In this document: positions 9,329 to 19,029 of the stretch, in pieces | Numbering within the stretch: the stretch's first letter is position 1 | Layout of the letters: every line of letters starts with the position of its first letter | Source of the DNA: a virus | Virus record (IMG/VR): IMGVR_UViG_3300048583_000100 | Coordinates: 1 to 64,000 of that record | DNA length: 64,000 nt | Direction: 5' to 3' (one strand) | Position numbers and translations under genes: made by a program | The notes under the pieces: generated by a model | Told to the model about the DNA's origin: nothing | The model's input: the letters and a program-made list of their open reading frames with translations, nothing else | Database searches by the model: none

Positions 9329-10423
9329 TCAATCTTTTTCCTTCGCGAGGAACGAGTTGCTGATGACTTTGAAGCTGAACTTGCCGTCCTTGCGCTTGAA
9401 CACCATGCCCTCGCGGACCGGGTGAGTCAAGCTTGGGCCCTCTGCAAATGCAAGCAGCTGATCGATGTTGGCAATGCCGAGATCGGACAACGTCACACCT
9501 GCGAAGTAGATGGGCACAGACTCGATGACGCCATTTTGGCAGATGACGTCGATCATGAGCATTACCTTCTCGCGCTCTGCTGGAGTGTAGTACTCGCCAG
9601 TGTCCAGGTTCTGCATGTCGAAGATGTAGAAGCGATGTGTCGCCAGCTTCTCACGGTTACCCTGGATACCCAGACCCATCAGCTCACCCTGAATTGCGAT
9701 GTTGCCGAAGGACGGGAGGATTTCAGCGAGCTTGCTGTCGAACAAGATTCGAATCATCGTGTTGCCCTGATTCTCGTCGTTGATCTTGTACTCGAGGTTG
9801 CGAGAGCACACGCCGATCTGGCCATCACGATGGTAGTAGGTCACGCTTGTGCCGTCGAGCTTGAGGCTGACCTCGTACTCAGACTCAGCATTCTCGACGA
9901 AGATTTCGTTGAGGATGTTCTGGCAACGCTCTTGATCGGTCTTCTTCATCCAGCCCGGGAAGAAGCCAAGCACCTGACCAGCGAGCTCTGCGGGAACCGG
10001 CGGGTCCCACTTGACGACGCCCAACAGCTCAGTAAGATCGTCGTCGATGTGGTGACAGGTAACCGAATTGCCGTTGGTGACAGTGAAGCTACCATCGGGG
10101 GCAATAAACCACTCAGCCGGAGGCGGGAGTGCAAGACCCTGACTGATCTGACCGCGCAGCTTGACAGTGCGCAGACGATGACCAACCACGCCATCGAAGG
10201 TGCGAGGCTGCTTGTCGACCAGGAACTGCCAGGCGGGGTTACCGCTCGGAAGGAAGCTGTCGATCTCGAAGTAGAGGCAGGGATCGCCAACCTTGAAGTC
10301 GCCCTTCTTGACAACGACTTTCCAGCCGTCGATCGTGGCGACCTCAATAACGTCGGCACCCTCAATCGGATTGAGGGCATTGATCGTGCGTAGGGTAACG
10401 AGTTTGCGCATCGTAGTGTTCAT
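9329..10423 (-). CDS. RNA ligase, DRB0094/Rnl5-type with N-terminal OB domain
   Basis: N-term PIEGADVIEVATIDGW..YFEIDSFLP; KLDGTS, QGEL, FYIFD, EGMVFK, SFKVISN. Confidence 0.9.
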   Translation of the reverse strand: MNTTMRKLVTLRTINALNPIEGADVIEVATIDGWKVVVKKGDFKVGDPCLYFEIDSFLPSGNPAWQFLVDKQPRTFDGVVGHRLRTVKLRGQISQGLALPPPAEWFIAPDGSFTVTNGNSVTCHHIDDDLTELLGVVKWDPPVPAELAGQVLGFFPGWMKKTDQERCQNILNEIFVENAESEYEVSLKLDGTSVTYYHRDGQIGVCSRNLEYKINDENQGNTMIRILFDSKLAEILPSFGNIAIQGELMGLGIQGNREKLATHRFYIFDMQNLDTGEYYTPAEREKVMLMIDVICQNGVIESVPIYFAGVTLSDLGIANIDQLLAFAEGPSLTHPVREGMVFKRKDGKFSFKVISNSFLAKEKD

Positions 10424-10472
10424 CCATTGTTATCAGAAGACCATTATATCACAGGTCGCTTCTGTTTAGAAC

Positions 10473-10760
10473 TCAAGATTTGAGATTGAGAGTGATGAGA
10501 CGGTGCTTAGGCGGAACAGCAAAATGGAGTGGTTCGAGCCCCTGCTGAATCCTAAACAGATGTTCCAATTGCTGAACAAGACGGGAGTATGTCGCCAATG
10601 CAGCCTCGTATTCCTCAATGAACTCTTCAGGAACTTCCATGGTCGGACTGCCACGAACCATGTCAGATAGAAACGAATGACGTTGATCAACCTCGAAAAT
10701 GTTAGGCCAGAAAGTCCGACATTCGTCGGTTTCAATTCTAACCGGAATCATCTTGCTCAT
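10473..10760 (-). CDS. hypothetical protein
   Basis: SD-preceded ATG ORF. Confidence 0.55.
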   Translation of the reverse strand: MSKMIPVRIETDECRTFWPNIFEVDQRHSFLSDMVRGSPTMEVPEEFIEEYEAALATYSRLVQQLEHLFRIQQGLEPLHFAVPPKHRLITLNLKS

Positions 10761-10769
10761 GTGTTGTCC

Positions 10770-11138
10770 TTAGTTGCGGCGCATACGCGCGACCTCAACA
10801 GCTTCTTCGCTGCTGAAGATTGGAACCATGTTCGACTTATGCATGGTAGCGATGCCTTTCAGCTTATCGCCAGTGTAGGTTGGAGAACTCTTCTTTGCTG
10901 TCGAGTCCTTACCACCAGTCGATTCGTGCGAAGGGTACTTGCTCGTGTCTTCTGCCCGGTATTTTGGAATGACGGCGAGCTTAGACGGCTTCGAATTGGT
11001 TGCACGCCTTCCAGGCGAAGCAAAGAGCGGACCCATTAGTTCCTGAAGCTCCTTCAGGTTCTTGCGTCCAGTCTCTGTGATCTGCTTCTGAAGAGCGGCT
11101 CGCTTCTTCTTGGACATCATTAGCACTTTGGTGGCCAT
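10770..11138 (-). CDS. conserved T4-like phage hypothetical protein (basic)
   Basis: C-terminal GIATMHKSNMVPIF..RMRR motif recalled from T4-like phages. Confidence 0.65.
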   Translation of the reverse strand: MATKVLMMSKKKRAALQKQITETGRKNLKELQELMGPLFASPGRRATNSKPSKLAVIPKYRAEDTSKYPSHESTGGKDSTAKKSSPTYTGDKLKGIATMHKSNMVPIFSSEEAVEVARMRRN

Positions 11139-11455
11139 CCCTCTCTATCCTCATCTATCCATTCGTTTCTATTGGGCCACGGAGCGCGCGCATTGTGAAC
11201 GACATCGAGCCAGTGAATGGTGACTTGACCATCCCAGAACTGGATTTCGTATTTGCGGCCTTCGAGAGAATTCTTTCTGATTGTTTGGAACGATCCGTAG
11301 GTAGTATTTTCGCCTTTACCTTTCAGACTCTGCCAGAGGAAAGCCGATTGATCATGCTTGCCGGGCCAAGGCACACGTTCCATGTGCTCATCGAATGCGC
11401 GCTGAAGAGCTTCTTCTGGGCTACGCTTCCAGGTATCGTAACGAAGCTCAGCCAT
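11120..11455 (-). CDS. hypothetical protein
   Basis: Overlapping operon ORF. Confidence 0.55.
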   Translation of the reverse strand: MAELRYDTWKRSPEEALQRAFDEHMERVPWPGKHDQSAFLWQSLKGKGENTTYGSFQTIRKNSLEGRKYEIQFWDGQVTIHWLDVVHNARAPWPNRNEWIDEDREGWPPKC

Positions 11456-11687
11456 CTTTGGGCTCCAGCGTACCGGAATACGATGAGTGGATTGCGCAAC
11501 CAGTTACACCGCATCCGCAGATGGCGATGTAGCGGTTGTTGGTGCGCTTCAGCTCACCGCGCTTTTCCTGAGAGTTGTAAACATCAGCATCGTGCTTGAT
11601 GGTACCCATGTCACCAGGGCCGAGGAAACGTCTGGTCGTCTTTGGACCACGAACTCGGCGCGTTGGGCGTGGTTCACGTCCGGCCAT
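11448..11687 (-). CDS. small basic Cys/His-containing protein
   Basis: SD GGAG; CGCGVTGCAIH. Confidence 0.55.
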   Translation of the reverse strand: MAGREPRPTRRVRGPKTTRRFLGPGDMGTIKHDADVYNSQEKRGELKRTNNRYIAICGCGVTGCAIHSSYSGTLEPKDG

Positions 11688-11828
11688 TTTCTTTACTCCT
11701 CAGCTTTTCATTGCCGATTTGGTGGTCCATCGTGGCTTCGCAGTAGCATGGAATGGATTCGAAGCCTGCGCTCCAAATGCGCCAGACATCATGCGTCGAG
11801 CGAACGTATTCAGCTGGCTTCTGGTCGC

Positions 11829-12206
11829 TCATCGTTCTTCCTCAAGCGCAAGTGCTCGAGCAGCAAGTGAGCGCTCGCGCATATTCTCGTACATGGTGTG
11901 GAAGCGCTTGCCGGATTCAATCCGCTTCTCTTCCTGTTCATGCTCGTAAGCAAGCTCGGTGGGAGTGAGGGGCACTGACTCCTCGAGATACAGATTGAGA
12001 ATGCCCTCACCATCCTCTTCAAGAGCCGTGACTTCGCAGCCAGCGGGGAACTTCTTGAGGATTTCGATAAGCGTATCAACACGCATGCTGCCGTGATGCC
12101 CACCAGAATTAAGCTTCAGGTTTGCTTCTGCTCGACGAGTCTTCGTGCCTTCCTGCACATCGATTTCCCACTTGTCGAATTTCAGTTTCGCTTTCATCGC
12201 CATCAT
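11829..12206 (-). CDS. hypothetical protein
   Basis: SD TAGGAG before ATG 12206. Confidence 0.55.
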   Translation of the reverse strand: MMAMKAKLKFDKWEIDVQEGTKTRRAEANLKLNSGGHHGSMRVDTLIEILKKFPAGCEVTALEEDGEGILNLYLEESVPLTPTELAYEHEQEEKRIESGKRFHTMYENMRERSLAARALALEEER

Positions 12207-12213
12207 CGTGCTC

Positions 12214-12477
12214 CTAGAGCTTGAGAGCTTTGGCAGTCTTGACGCCAAGCTCAGTAATGTAGACTTCCTCGGTAAATGCAAAGCCTTCCTCATCTTCGTC
12301 TTCTTCAGTGAAGACGAGCAGTCCTTTCTTTTCTAGCTTCTTGAACACTGCCATCCCTGGCACAATTTCTCCGAACACATCTCGACTGTTCTTGCTGTCA
12401 ATCTTGGTGACAAGAATCGAACCATGTCGATTGACATAGCGTAAAGCGTTGTATTCGGCTTCAGAGAGTTGCATCAC
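12214..12477 (-). CDS. hypothetical winged-helix-like protein
   Basis: LEKKGLL...YITELG pattern. Confidence 0.5.
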   Translation of the reverse strand: MMQLSEAEYNALRYVNRHGSILVTKIDSKNSRDVFGEIVPGMAVFKKLEKKGLLVFTEEDEDEEGFAFTEEVYITELGVKTAKALKL

Positions 12478-12746
12478 ACGCCAGCTTTTGCTCTGGCACG
12501 TCGAAGAGCCGCACCCTCACGCTTCGAAGGAAGGTGAGGACGCTTCGCAAGCTCTTGGCGAACCTGCGATTCGGTGGCATAGATGGGAACAGACTTGCCA
12601 CCTGCCACAGTACGATGCGCAACGAGAATTTGCTGTCGCTCACTGTCATCGCCGTAGTACAGCGGATGGTAAAACGGATGGAGCGCGTTAAGCAGCTCCT
12701 TCGTCGAGACATCTTCGATGCTCGCAGTTTCAGTTTTCGACTTCAT
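12474..12746 (-). CDS. hypothetical protein
   Basis: Overlapping operon ORF. Confidence 0.55.
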   Translation of the reverse strand: MKSKTETASIEDVSTKELLNALHPFYHPLYYGDDSERQQILVAHRTVAGGKSVPIYATESQVRQELAKRPHLPSKREGAALRRARAKAGV

Positions 12747-13905
12747 GACCGTTGACGTCCTTGAGGATGAGGGTACGGAGCGAGAACTCGGACTTCAAGA
12801 TGTTGCGCTCGAAGTACTCGAGATAGCGAGGCACCTTACCGTTGAACTTGTTCATGATCAGACCGCGCAGAGCATGCTCCTTGAACTTCTCGGCCATCTC
12901 ACGAGCCGTCAGACCAACCGACCCGTCAACTGCCGCCTCGACCTCATTGAACAGATCGCGGAAGAACTGCAGCACACGCTCTTCGATCTCGAGGACCTCG
13001 GTGATGTCAACACCCTTGCTCGAAAGCAAAGACTTGAAGTCATCCACCTGCTCGTTCATCACGAGCTCAGCGATGTCACGCTCACGGAGGAACGTCATGA
13101 CCTTGTGGCGAGCAAGGTACCATTCCGTCTTGACCTTGATCATCTCGCCGCTTTCGAGCTGTACGATCCAGCCCTCGACACCCTCGCGGGTAGCAGCGGC
13201 TTCGATCATCTTCTTGATGCTGAAGCGACGACGCGGGACGCTGTCCATCTCGTTGATTTCGACGGTCTCGAAGAACTCATCCACCTCGTCAACCAGAGGA
13301 ACGTTGTAGTAGGTCGACAGAACGTGGAGGTCCTGGAGGTTCATGTACTGACCCGTCACGTTGTCACGGACGTGCAGCAGAACCAGCGAAGGCTTGTCGT
13401 AGGCCAGCACGATACGGTCCTGAGGAGACGTCCACTCGAAGATGACAGTCTTGTACTTGAACTGTTCGTGGTTGAGCATCTTGCGAACATTGGAAGCTTC
13501 AACAGAGTCGCCAGCAAGCCACGTCTGGACAGACACAGCCACGTCAGAGTTGAAGGACTTCTTCGTCTTGATGCGGATCGTTCCGTTGTCGTTTACGGAA
13601 TGGATCATCGAACCATCGCGCTTGTCCATGACACGCACGACCTTCGACCAGTCGACAACGTGAGGCTGCGTCTCTTCACGCTCGCCAAGGTTGAAGAACT
13701 TGTGGAAAGGACGGCCGATCACAGCGCCAGTTTCCGCGCTGAAGACGATACCACGGCACTCACGTGCATGGTCGGAGTCGAAGGTGTTGGCACCGCCGAT
13801 CATGTAGCAGAATGAGATGGCGTTCGTGCAGATACGCGACTCGCGGATTTCTTCCTTGCCAGAAACAACGGCGCGGAGTTCATCGATGTGGTTGATCGTC
13901 AACAT
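12730..13905 (-). CDS. rnlA: T4 Rnl1/RnlA-type RNA ligase
   Basis: RECRGIVF, PFHKFFNLGE, KRDGSMI, FEWTSPQDRIVL, EGWIV, KVKTEWY. Confidence 0.9.
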   Translation of the reverse strand: MLTINHIDELRAVVSGKEEIRESRICTNAISFCYMIGGANTFDSDHARECRGIVFSAETGAVIGRPFHKFFNLGEREETQPHVVDWSKVVRVMDKRDGSMIHSVNDNGTIRIKTKKSFNSDVAVSVQTWLAGDSVEASNVRKMLNHEQFKYKTVIFEWTSPQDRIVLAYDKPSLVLLHVRDNVTGQYMNLQDLHVLSTYYNVPLVDEVDEFFETVEINEMDSVPRRRFSIKKMIEAAATREGVEGWIVQLESGEMIKVKTEWYLARHKVMTFLRERDIAELVMNEQVDDFKSLLSSKGVDITEVLEIEERVLQFFRDLFNEVEAAVDGSVGLTAREMAEKFKEHALRGLIMNKFNGKVPRYLEYFERNILKSEFSLRTLILKDVNGHEVEN

Positions 13906-13909
13906 TTTC

Positions 13910-14122
13910 TTAGGCTCTCTTCAGGTCTTCAATGTGGACATACCCGTTGACCTTGACGGTCGGATCGGAGATGCACTTGAGTTCGATGTGGTCGCCATGA
14001 TGAAGCTTGACGACCTGGAATTTGTGACCTTTGTAAGCGTCGTAGTATGGGGAGAAGGGCGGCTCGTAGACGCGCGAGCGGAAGAAGACTTCCATGCCGA
14101 TGCCGATGCCGATGCCGATCAC
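13910..14122 (-). CDS. hypothetical protein
   Basis: GTG start overlapping upstream stop; IGIGIGIG from a hexamer repeat. Confidence 0.55.
   Translation of the reverse strand: MIGIGIGIGMEVFFRSRVYEPPFSPYYDAYKGHKFQVVKLHHGDHIELKCISDPTVKVNGYVHIEDLKRA
14094..14119. repeat. (ATGCCG)4 microsatellite
   Basis: Read directly from the sequence. Confidence 0.9.
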
Positions 14123-14553
14123 GGGTTGATCGCCTTAGAGACGGCGTGGATGAAGCCGTTGAAGCCGATAATCCTGACATCGTCGATGGACAGATTCATG
14201 ACCTCTTCATCCTTGCTTTCGGGCAGGGTGCTGAGGGTTTCGATACGACGCCACCAATCGGAATCGGTGCGGCTATAAGCCCACCACTGTTCGGTCATGT
14301 GGGGCAGGGTGCCGTTGGCGTATTCTTCCTTCCACTTGGAAACGAGTTGCTCGACAGTCGGTACGTCGAGCTTCTTTGACCAGCCGAGACGACGGAAGAT
14401 GCAGCGATTTTCAGCGTTGGTTCGCTTGATGTGCTGTTCGGCGCGAACGGCCAACTCGTCGTAGATGCGTTCAAGGCGTGCCTGAAGATTGACTTTGGCA
14501 CATTCGCGAACGTGCTTGACTTTGACGGGGATGGTAGAAGCAGAGCTTTTCAT
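14119..14553 (-). CDS. hypothetical protein, paralog of 14615-15157
   Basis: Shared PVK..V N-term and LxxL..DxxVMxxSxxD..GF/Y C-term; own early promoter. Confidence 0.65.
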   Translation of the reverse strand: MKSSASTIPVKVKHVRECAKVNLQARLERIYDELAVRAEQHIKRTNAENRCIFRRLGWSKKLDVPTVEQLVSKWKEEYANGTLPHMTEQWWAYSRTDSDWWRRIETLSTLPESKDEEVMNLSIDDVRIIGFNGFIHAVSKAINP

Positions 14554-14578
14554 CAGAAGGTTCCTCAGCAGATGGTTA

Positions 14579-14608
14579 ATTCTAACCTGATCTCAATCAG
14601 AAGTAAAC
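14579..14608 (-). promoter_or_regulatory. early-type promoter GTTTAC-N18-TAGAAT
   Basis: Motif match in intergenic gap. Confidence 0.7.
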
Positions 14609-14614
14609 TGACGA

Positions 14615-15157
14615 TTAGACCTTCTGTTTACGCTCAGCCATGAACCGATCATAGCCGACGAACTCTGAGTCCTTCAGAGAAATGTACATGACCGAGTCGT
14701 CTCCATCTGCATGGAGATTAGCGAGCTGGGTCAGTCTCTGGTATCTGTCGGTATTGATGTGCATCCGCATGACACTCGAATCGTTCTCGATGTCCTTGTC
14801 GGGGTTGTCGTAGTCAGCGAAAATCTGACCAGTGTAATCGTAGCTCTTCATGAGCGAGTCCATATCTGGAATCTCGCGCTTCTTCTTGAAGTAATTGCGC
14901 ACGAGGAAGCTGCTATTGTACTTGTCCACTTCCTCGATCTGGCGCTGGGCCCAACCCTTGAACATTTCGCGCATGCGGTCGATGGTCTTGCGGGCATCTT
15001 GAAGAGCCTGGAATCGAATGTCAAAGATCGCCTTCGCAGCTGCAGCTTTGACATCTACGATTTTGACTGGCAGGAGCGTGCCACCACCCTCGACGACGAT
15101 AGTCTGTTCTCTGTCGAATGGGTGCACATGTCGCGGGTAGCTGTGAATCGAGATCAT
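14615..15157 (-). CDS. hypothetical protein, paralog of 14119-14553
   Basis: Shared motifs with 14119-14553. Confidence 0.65.
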   Translation of the reverse strand: MISIHSYPRHVHPFDREQTIVVEGGGTLLPVKIVDVKAAAAKAIFDIRFQALQDARKTIDRMREMFKGWAQRQIEEVDKYNSSFLVRNYFKKKREIPDMDSLMKSYDYTGQIFADYDNPDKDIENDSSVMRMHINTDRYQRLTQLANLHADGDDSVMYISLKDSEFVGYDRFMAERKQKV

Positions 15158-15158
15158 G

Positions 15159-15473
15159 TCAAGAAGCCCTCTTGTTGAGATGTGCGATGTACGAGTTCAT
15201 GAGGCCACGAATGTTTGCCGCGCCAACTGGATTCGCACTGTGAACGTAGAAGTCGGCAGGGAAGATGATGTCGGGATTGTCGAGGCTGTAGTCGATCATC
15301 CACCGAACGAAAGGAATTGCGGTGTCATCTCCACCAAGATCATGGTCGAAGCTGATGAAGTATGGGAAGCCGCGCGAGAAGACAACGCGGCGTGCTTCAG
15401 CCGAAGAACGAGCAATGACCCAATCGTTATCGATCGGGTCTCGCAGGTCATCGATGAAGAGCTTGTAGGTCAT
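15159..15473 (-). CDS. cyclic-phosphate-processing receiver domain protein (RNA repair)
   Basis: LFIDDLR, SFDHDLG, VHSANPVG motifs. Confidence 0.8.
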   Translation of the reverse strand: MTYKLFIDDLRDPIDNDWVIARSSAEARRVVFSRGFPYFISFDHDLGGDDTAIPFVRWMIDYSLDNPDIIFPADFYVHSANPVGAANIRGLMNSYIAHLNKRAS

Positions 15474-15479
15474 ACGAAA

Positions 15480-15509
15480 ATTATATCACGCATGCCACCG
15501 TAAGTAAAC
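15480..15509 (-). promoter_or_regulatory. early-type promoter GTTTAC-N18-TATAAT, leaderless geometry
   Basis: -10 box 6 nt before ATG 15473. Confidence 0.75.
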
Positions 15510-15511
15510 TA

Positions 15512-16954
15512 TCAGGTCTTGCTTCGCCAAACTGGATCTGCTAGCGGCTTCCAGGCCTGTTCACTGATTGCCTTACCCTGATTCCAGATAGCTTCTAGAG
15601 ATGGGAAGGTTTTGATGAAGTCTGTTCCGCGTCTCGTGTCCATCTCGGAGAAAACAGAATAAGTGTTGGCGAGCTGAGCAGTATCCTGTGGTGTCGAATT
15701 GATCCAATCTACCAGACGATTGATCTGATCGACCTCCTCAATGTACAAATTACCGTTGACGTCGTATCCGCCCTGAGTCATCTCCTTGACTACAGCGATC
15801 ATCTTGTCGGCAAATACCTTTCGCTGTACGTCGTCAAGCAGCGTAATCTGCTGATGAGAAGGCCAGCGCAAGTAATTGACACTCAACGTAATGCGTGAGC
15901 GAGCACGATTCACATCGTACTTCTTTCTCAATGCGCAGACGAATCGAATGAAGTCGTCGAATGATTCGGAAGATAGTAGATCAACCGTCGTCATCATGCC
16001 CAATGTGACATCACTTGGTGTGTTGTCTAGAAGGTACGAAATGTTCTGGACATACAAATCCCAATCCATACCGAAGCGACTGTACTCTGCCTGCTCGCGA
16101 ACTGATTCTGCTGACGTGAAGATGATGACGCCTTTACACTTTTCGCGGATGTCATTGATGCTCTCAACAAGCTTCTCAACGAGCTTATGTGGAATACCCA
16201 TGTTCGTGTTGACTTCAAGCTTGAGTTCCTTACGAGGATTCTCTTTGATGTAGTCAAACACTCTCCACGTATTCTTGGACAGCAGTGGTTCGCCACCGGT
16301 AATGCGGAAGGTGTGAAGCGCCTGATAGAGTTCAGGCCACCATTCCCAGAACTTGTCGATGTACGGGTTGACTTCTGTGTGGTGATACGCAAGCTTACCC
16401 TGACCGCGAAGCCAGTCTAGATCATGATGGTTGTCACCATTGGCCAGCTTGTAACCGCCATGCTTGACAATCTCTTCCATCCAACGGGATGAAACGTCTG
16501 GGGAGCAGTAGGTGCACTTGAAGTTGCAAGTGTTTTCGAAAGCTACTTCGAGGTAGACGGGGTTGATGTTCTGTCCCAGTCCTGAATCAACGGCATTGTC
16601 AAAGTTTTCCCAGAGGCCCATGCCTACGTTAGCAGACTTGTAGTGGCGATCAGAGAAGTGTTCCTCACCAAGGTTCTCAATGTTCCAGCAGTAGTCGCAC
16701 TCTTTCGTCTGTACACCATCTAGCATGTCTTGACGAGCTGCGATCTTGGTCGGCGTATTGTGAAGGGCGGTCGAAGACTTCTCTAGGTCCTCAAGCTTGA
16801 TCTTGTGGGGCACTGGGTGGTGGCACGAGTGCGTGAAGCCGTTATAGAGCGTAGTAGTTGACGTCAGCCACTTCGCAGTACAAAACGTAGGTGAGACGGC
16901 ATTTAGCTTCTCAACCTTGTCTTTCAGTCTGGAGATTCTATCTTCGTTTGACAT
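15512..16954 (-). CDS. radical SAM enzyme with N-terminal auxiliary Cys (twitch-like) domain
   Basis: CNFKCTYC, ITGGEPL, EVNTN; N-term FC..SCHH..CDYCW. Confidence 0.9.
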   Translation of the reverse strand: MSNEDRISRLKDKVEKLNAVSPTFCTAKWLTSTTTLYNGFTHSCHHPVPHKIKLEDLEKSSTALHNTPTKIAARQDMLDGVQTKECDYCWNIENLGEEHFSDRHYKSANVGMGLWENFDNAVDSGLGQNINPVYLEVAFENTCNFKCTYCSPDVSSRWMEEIVKHGGYKLANGDNHHDLDWLRGQGKLAYHHTEVNPYIDKFWEWWPELYQALHTFRITGGEPLLSKNTWRVFDYIKENPRKELKLEVNTNMGIPHKLVEKLVESINDIREKCKGVIIFTSAESVREQAEYSRFGMDWDLYVQNISYLLDNTPSDVTLGMMTTVDLLSSESFDDFIRFVCALRKKYDVNRARSRITLSVNYLRWPSHQQITLLDDVQRKVFADKMIAVVKEMTQGGYDVNGNLYIEEVDQINRLVDWINSTPQDTAQLANTYSVFSEMDTRRGTDFIKTFPSLEAIWNQGKAISEQAWKPLADPVWRSKT

Positions 16955-18465
16955 TAGAGTCCTCTAGCAAATATGTGATATCTGCTCTTGTTTGTTTTAC
17001 GCCACCACGAAGCAGAGTCTGCGAGGATAGCTGTGTAGAAATCTCGATTGTACTCGTCATCCAAGAAGAACTCGAAGGTATCTCTCTGAACAACTTCGGT
17101 GAAGATGATGTCGGTTGCTTCTTCGCTACCAAACGTAATGTCTTGAGTGACCATTGGTAGCATCGAATGTAAATCTTTGTCCTTGGTCGTTAGCGAAAGC
17201 GTTCGCAGTCTGGCAGGGAGCTTTCTGAAATACGACCACATGTCCTTCCCAAACATGAACCACATATCGTTCGAGCGATCATCTGCTGGGTTCTTGTTGA
17301 GCACAATACCCTCAAGAGGAATTTCGTAGAGCCAATGCTTAGCCCAGATGAAAACGTCTGGCCTGATAATCACGATGCGCTCGTAGTCTGAAGATGCAAA
17401 TAGGAAAGCCGCTCGCTCCCAGTGGCTCAACATGTATTCAACAGTATCCTGAAGCTTCGACTTCTTCTTCTTCATCTCACTCTTGAACTGTTCGAAGTTG
17501 TCAAGATGTACGTAGTCAGCTCTGACTATTCTAGCAAAGCGGTGGGCTTCAGGCGTGCCCCATGCAACGACAGCAACATCAGCATCGCCGAAAAGCGGTA
17601 GCGTAAGTAGGCCCGCGTGATAGTTTCTGATTTCACCCGAATAGATGACGAGAGTCTTGTTGCCTTTCTTTCTATTGAGACGCCCGGAACGATAGGTGAG
17701 CAGTGCTTCTTCGGTAATGTCATAGCTCCAAGATTGCACAGCGACCTTGTAGTTACCATGCTTCTTAGAAGTATTTACGATGTGCGCATCACGCCAATCA
17801 TCGTGCCGAGTATGGACATCCTGAATGCTCTTGATCTCCAGGTTGTTCGAAGGTCTAAAGAACGTGAGCGGTACATGCTCGAACATGAACTCAATGGGTA
17901 CTTGTGCGTAAGTGTTTACCTTGTTCGCCCACCATTTGTGCACGTCGCCCTGACGATTGGTCTGCCAATCATCGACTGAGATGTTTGAGAAGATTCTATC
18001 GAGGACTTCGAATGATGCAGCGAACATCGTATCAGCCTTGACATCATCGCGAGTGTTCCACATGATCTCAAGAACGTCTTCATCGTGCAGCGTCTGCTGT
18101 TTTGCCGTAGACTGCGGATCGATATAAAGGTCGGGTCGAACGACGATGATCTTCTTGTATCGCTTCCCACTAGCACGAATCATTTCCCAGCCAGCCAACC
18201 AGCGATGCACCATGTGATCGCTATATCTTTTGGTCGTAAAGCATTCTGCTGGCTCGATAAGAATGGTAGCGTTTGGTAGCAGCTTTCTAATGCGCTCTTC
18301 GGTTACGTCTTCCTGAATATCGATGCCGAGCAGATCGTTCTTGATTGAGACCTTATCCCACGTACTAACATAGACATCAACCGAATCGTTGATGAACTTC
18401 ATTGTCGGCAAGCACTGCTCTAGAAAGCGTAGCTCGCCTGAGATAAGAACGGCTTGACACTTCAT
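16954..18465 (-). CDS. tandem two-domain glycosyltransferase-like protein
   Basis: Internal duplication: ISGELR..VSTW..IVVRPD..D and YSGEIR..VVAW..VIIRPD..D. Confidence 0.6.
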   Translation of the reverse strand: MKCQAVLISGELRFLEQCLPTMKFINDSVDVYVSTWDKVSIKNDLLGIDIQEDVTEERIRKLLPNATILIEPAECFTTKRYSDHMVHRWLAGWEMIRASGKRYKKIIVVRPDLYIDPQSTAKQQTLHDEDVLEIMWNTRDDVKADTMFAASFEVLDRIFSNISVDDWQTNRQGDVHKWWANKVNTYAQVPIEFMFEHVPLTFFRPSNNLEIKSIQDVHTRHDDWRDAHIVNTSKKHGNYKVAVQSWSYDITEEALLTYRSGRLNRKKGNKTLVIYSGEIRNYHAGLLTLPLFGDADVAVVAWGTPEAHRFARIVRADYVHLDNFEQFKSEMKKKKSKLQDTVEYMLSHWERAAFLFASSDYERIVIIRPDVFIWAKHWLYEIPLEGIVLNKNPADDRSNDMWFMFGKDMWSYFRKLPARLRTLSLTTKDKDLHSMLPMVTQDITFGSEEATDIIFTEVVQRDTFEFFLDDEYNRDFYTAILADSASWWRKTNKSRYHIFARGL

Positions 18466-18468
18466 TCG

Positions 18469-19029
18469 TTAAAGCCAGACCCACGCTGCGCATTCTTCAA
18501 TGGTGACCATTCGAGGAGATACGCGCCCGCAGAATTCGTCTACCGCTTGGATGCAGCCTGGGAACATATCGAAGTAATCGTCGAACACGATGATGCCATC
18601 CTTAGCCATGAATCGATGCCACGTGTTAATGTCATCTCGAACAGCTTCATAGGTGTGAACGCAGTCGATAAAGAGCAGATCAATCTTCTTGGAGAAATTG
18701 AGGTACTCTACGTTGAGTGGCATGTAAGCACGAACAGTTTCAAGGTTCACCACTTCGCTCGTATTGCGCAGGAATTCCTGGTACGAGTATGGGCGGGATC
18801 GATCACCTAGGCAGGTGTCGGGAATCTCCTGCGGCTGATCCGGGAACATGTCAAAGCACGTCAGCTTGACATTATTCGGCTTGTTCATTCCCATCGCATA
18901 TGCGCTGCGACCACAGAAGCTGCCAACTTCAACGATCCATCCGTTGAACGGTACCTGGGCGGCAAGAATAGCCAGTCGTTCAAGCTTCTTCTCAGAGCTC
19001 CAACCGGGGATGTTTGTATTCAGCTTCAT
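18469..19029 (-). CDS. class I SAM methyltransferase (Methyltransf_24-like)
   Basis: VEVGSFCGRS, LLFIDCVHTYE, GIIVFDDY. Confidence 0.88.
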   Translation of the reverse strand: MKLNTNIPGWSSEKKLERLAILAAQVPFNGWIVEVGSFCGRSAYAMGMNKPNNVKLTCFDMFPDQPQEIPDTCLGDRSRPYSYQEFLRNTSEVVNLETVRAYMPLNVEYLNFSKKIDLLFIDCVHTYEAVRDDINTWHRFMAKDGIIVFDDYFDMFPGCIQAVDEFCGRVSPRMVTIEECAAWVWL

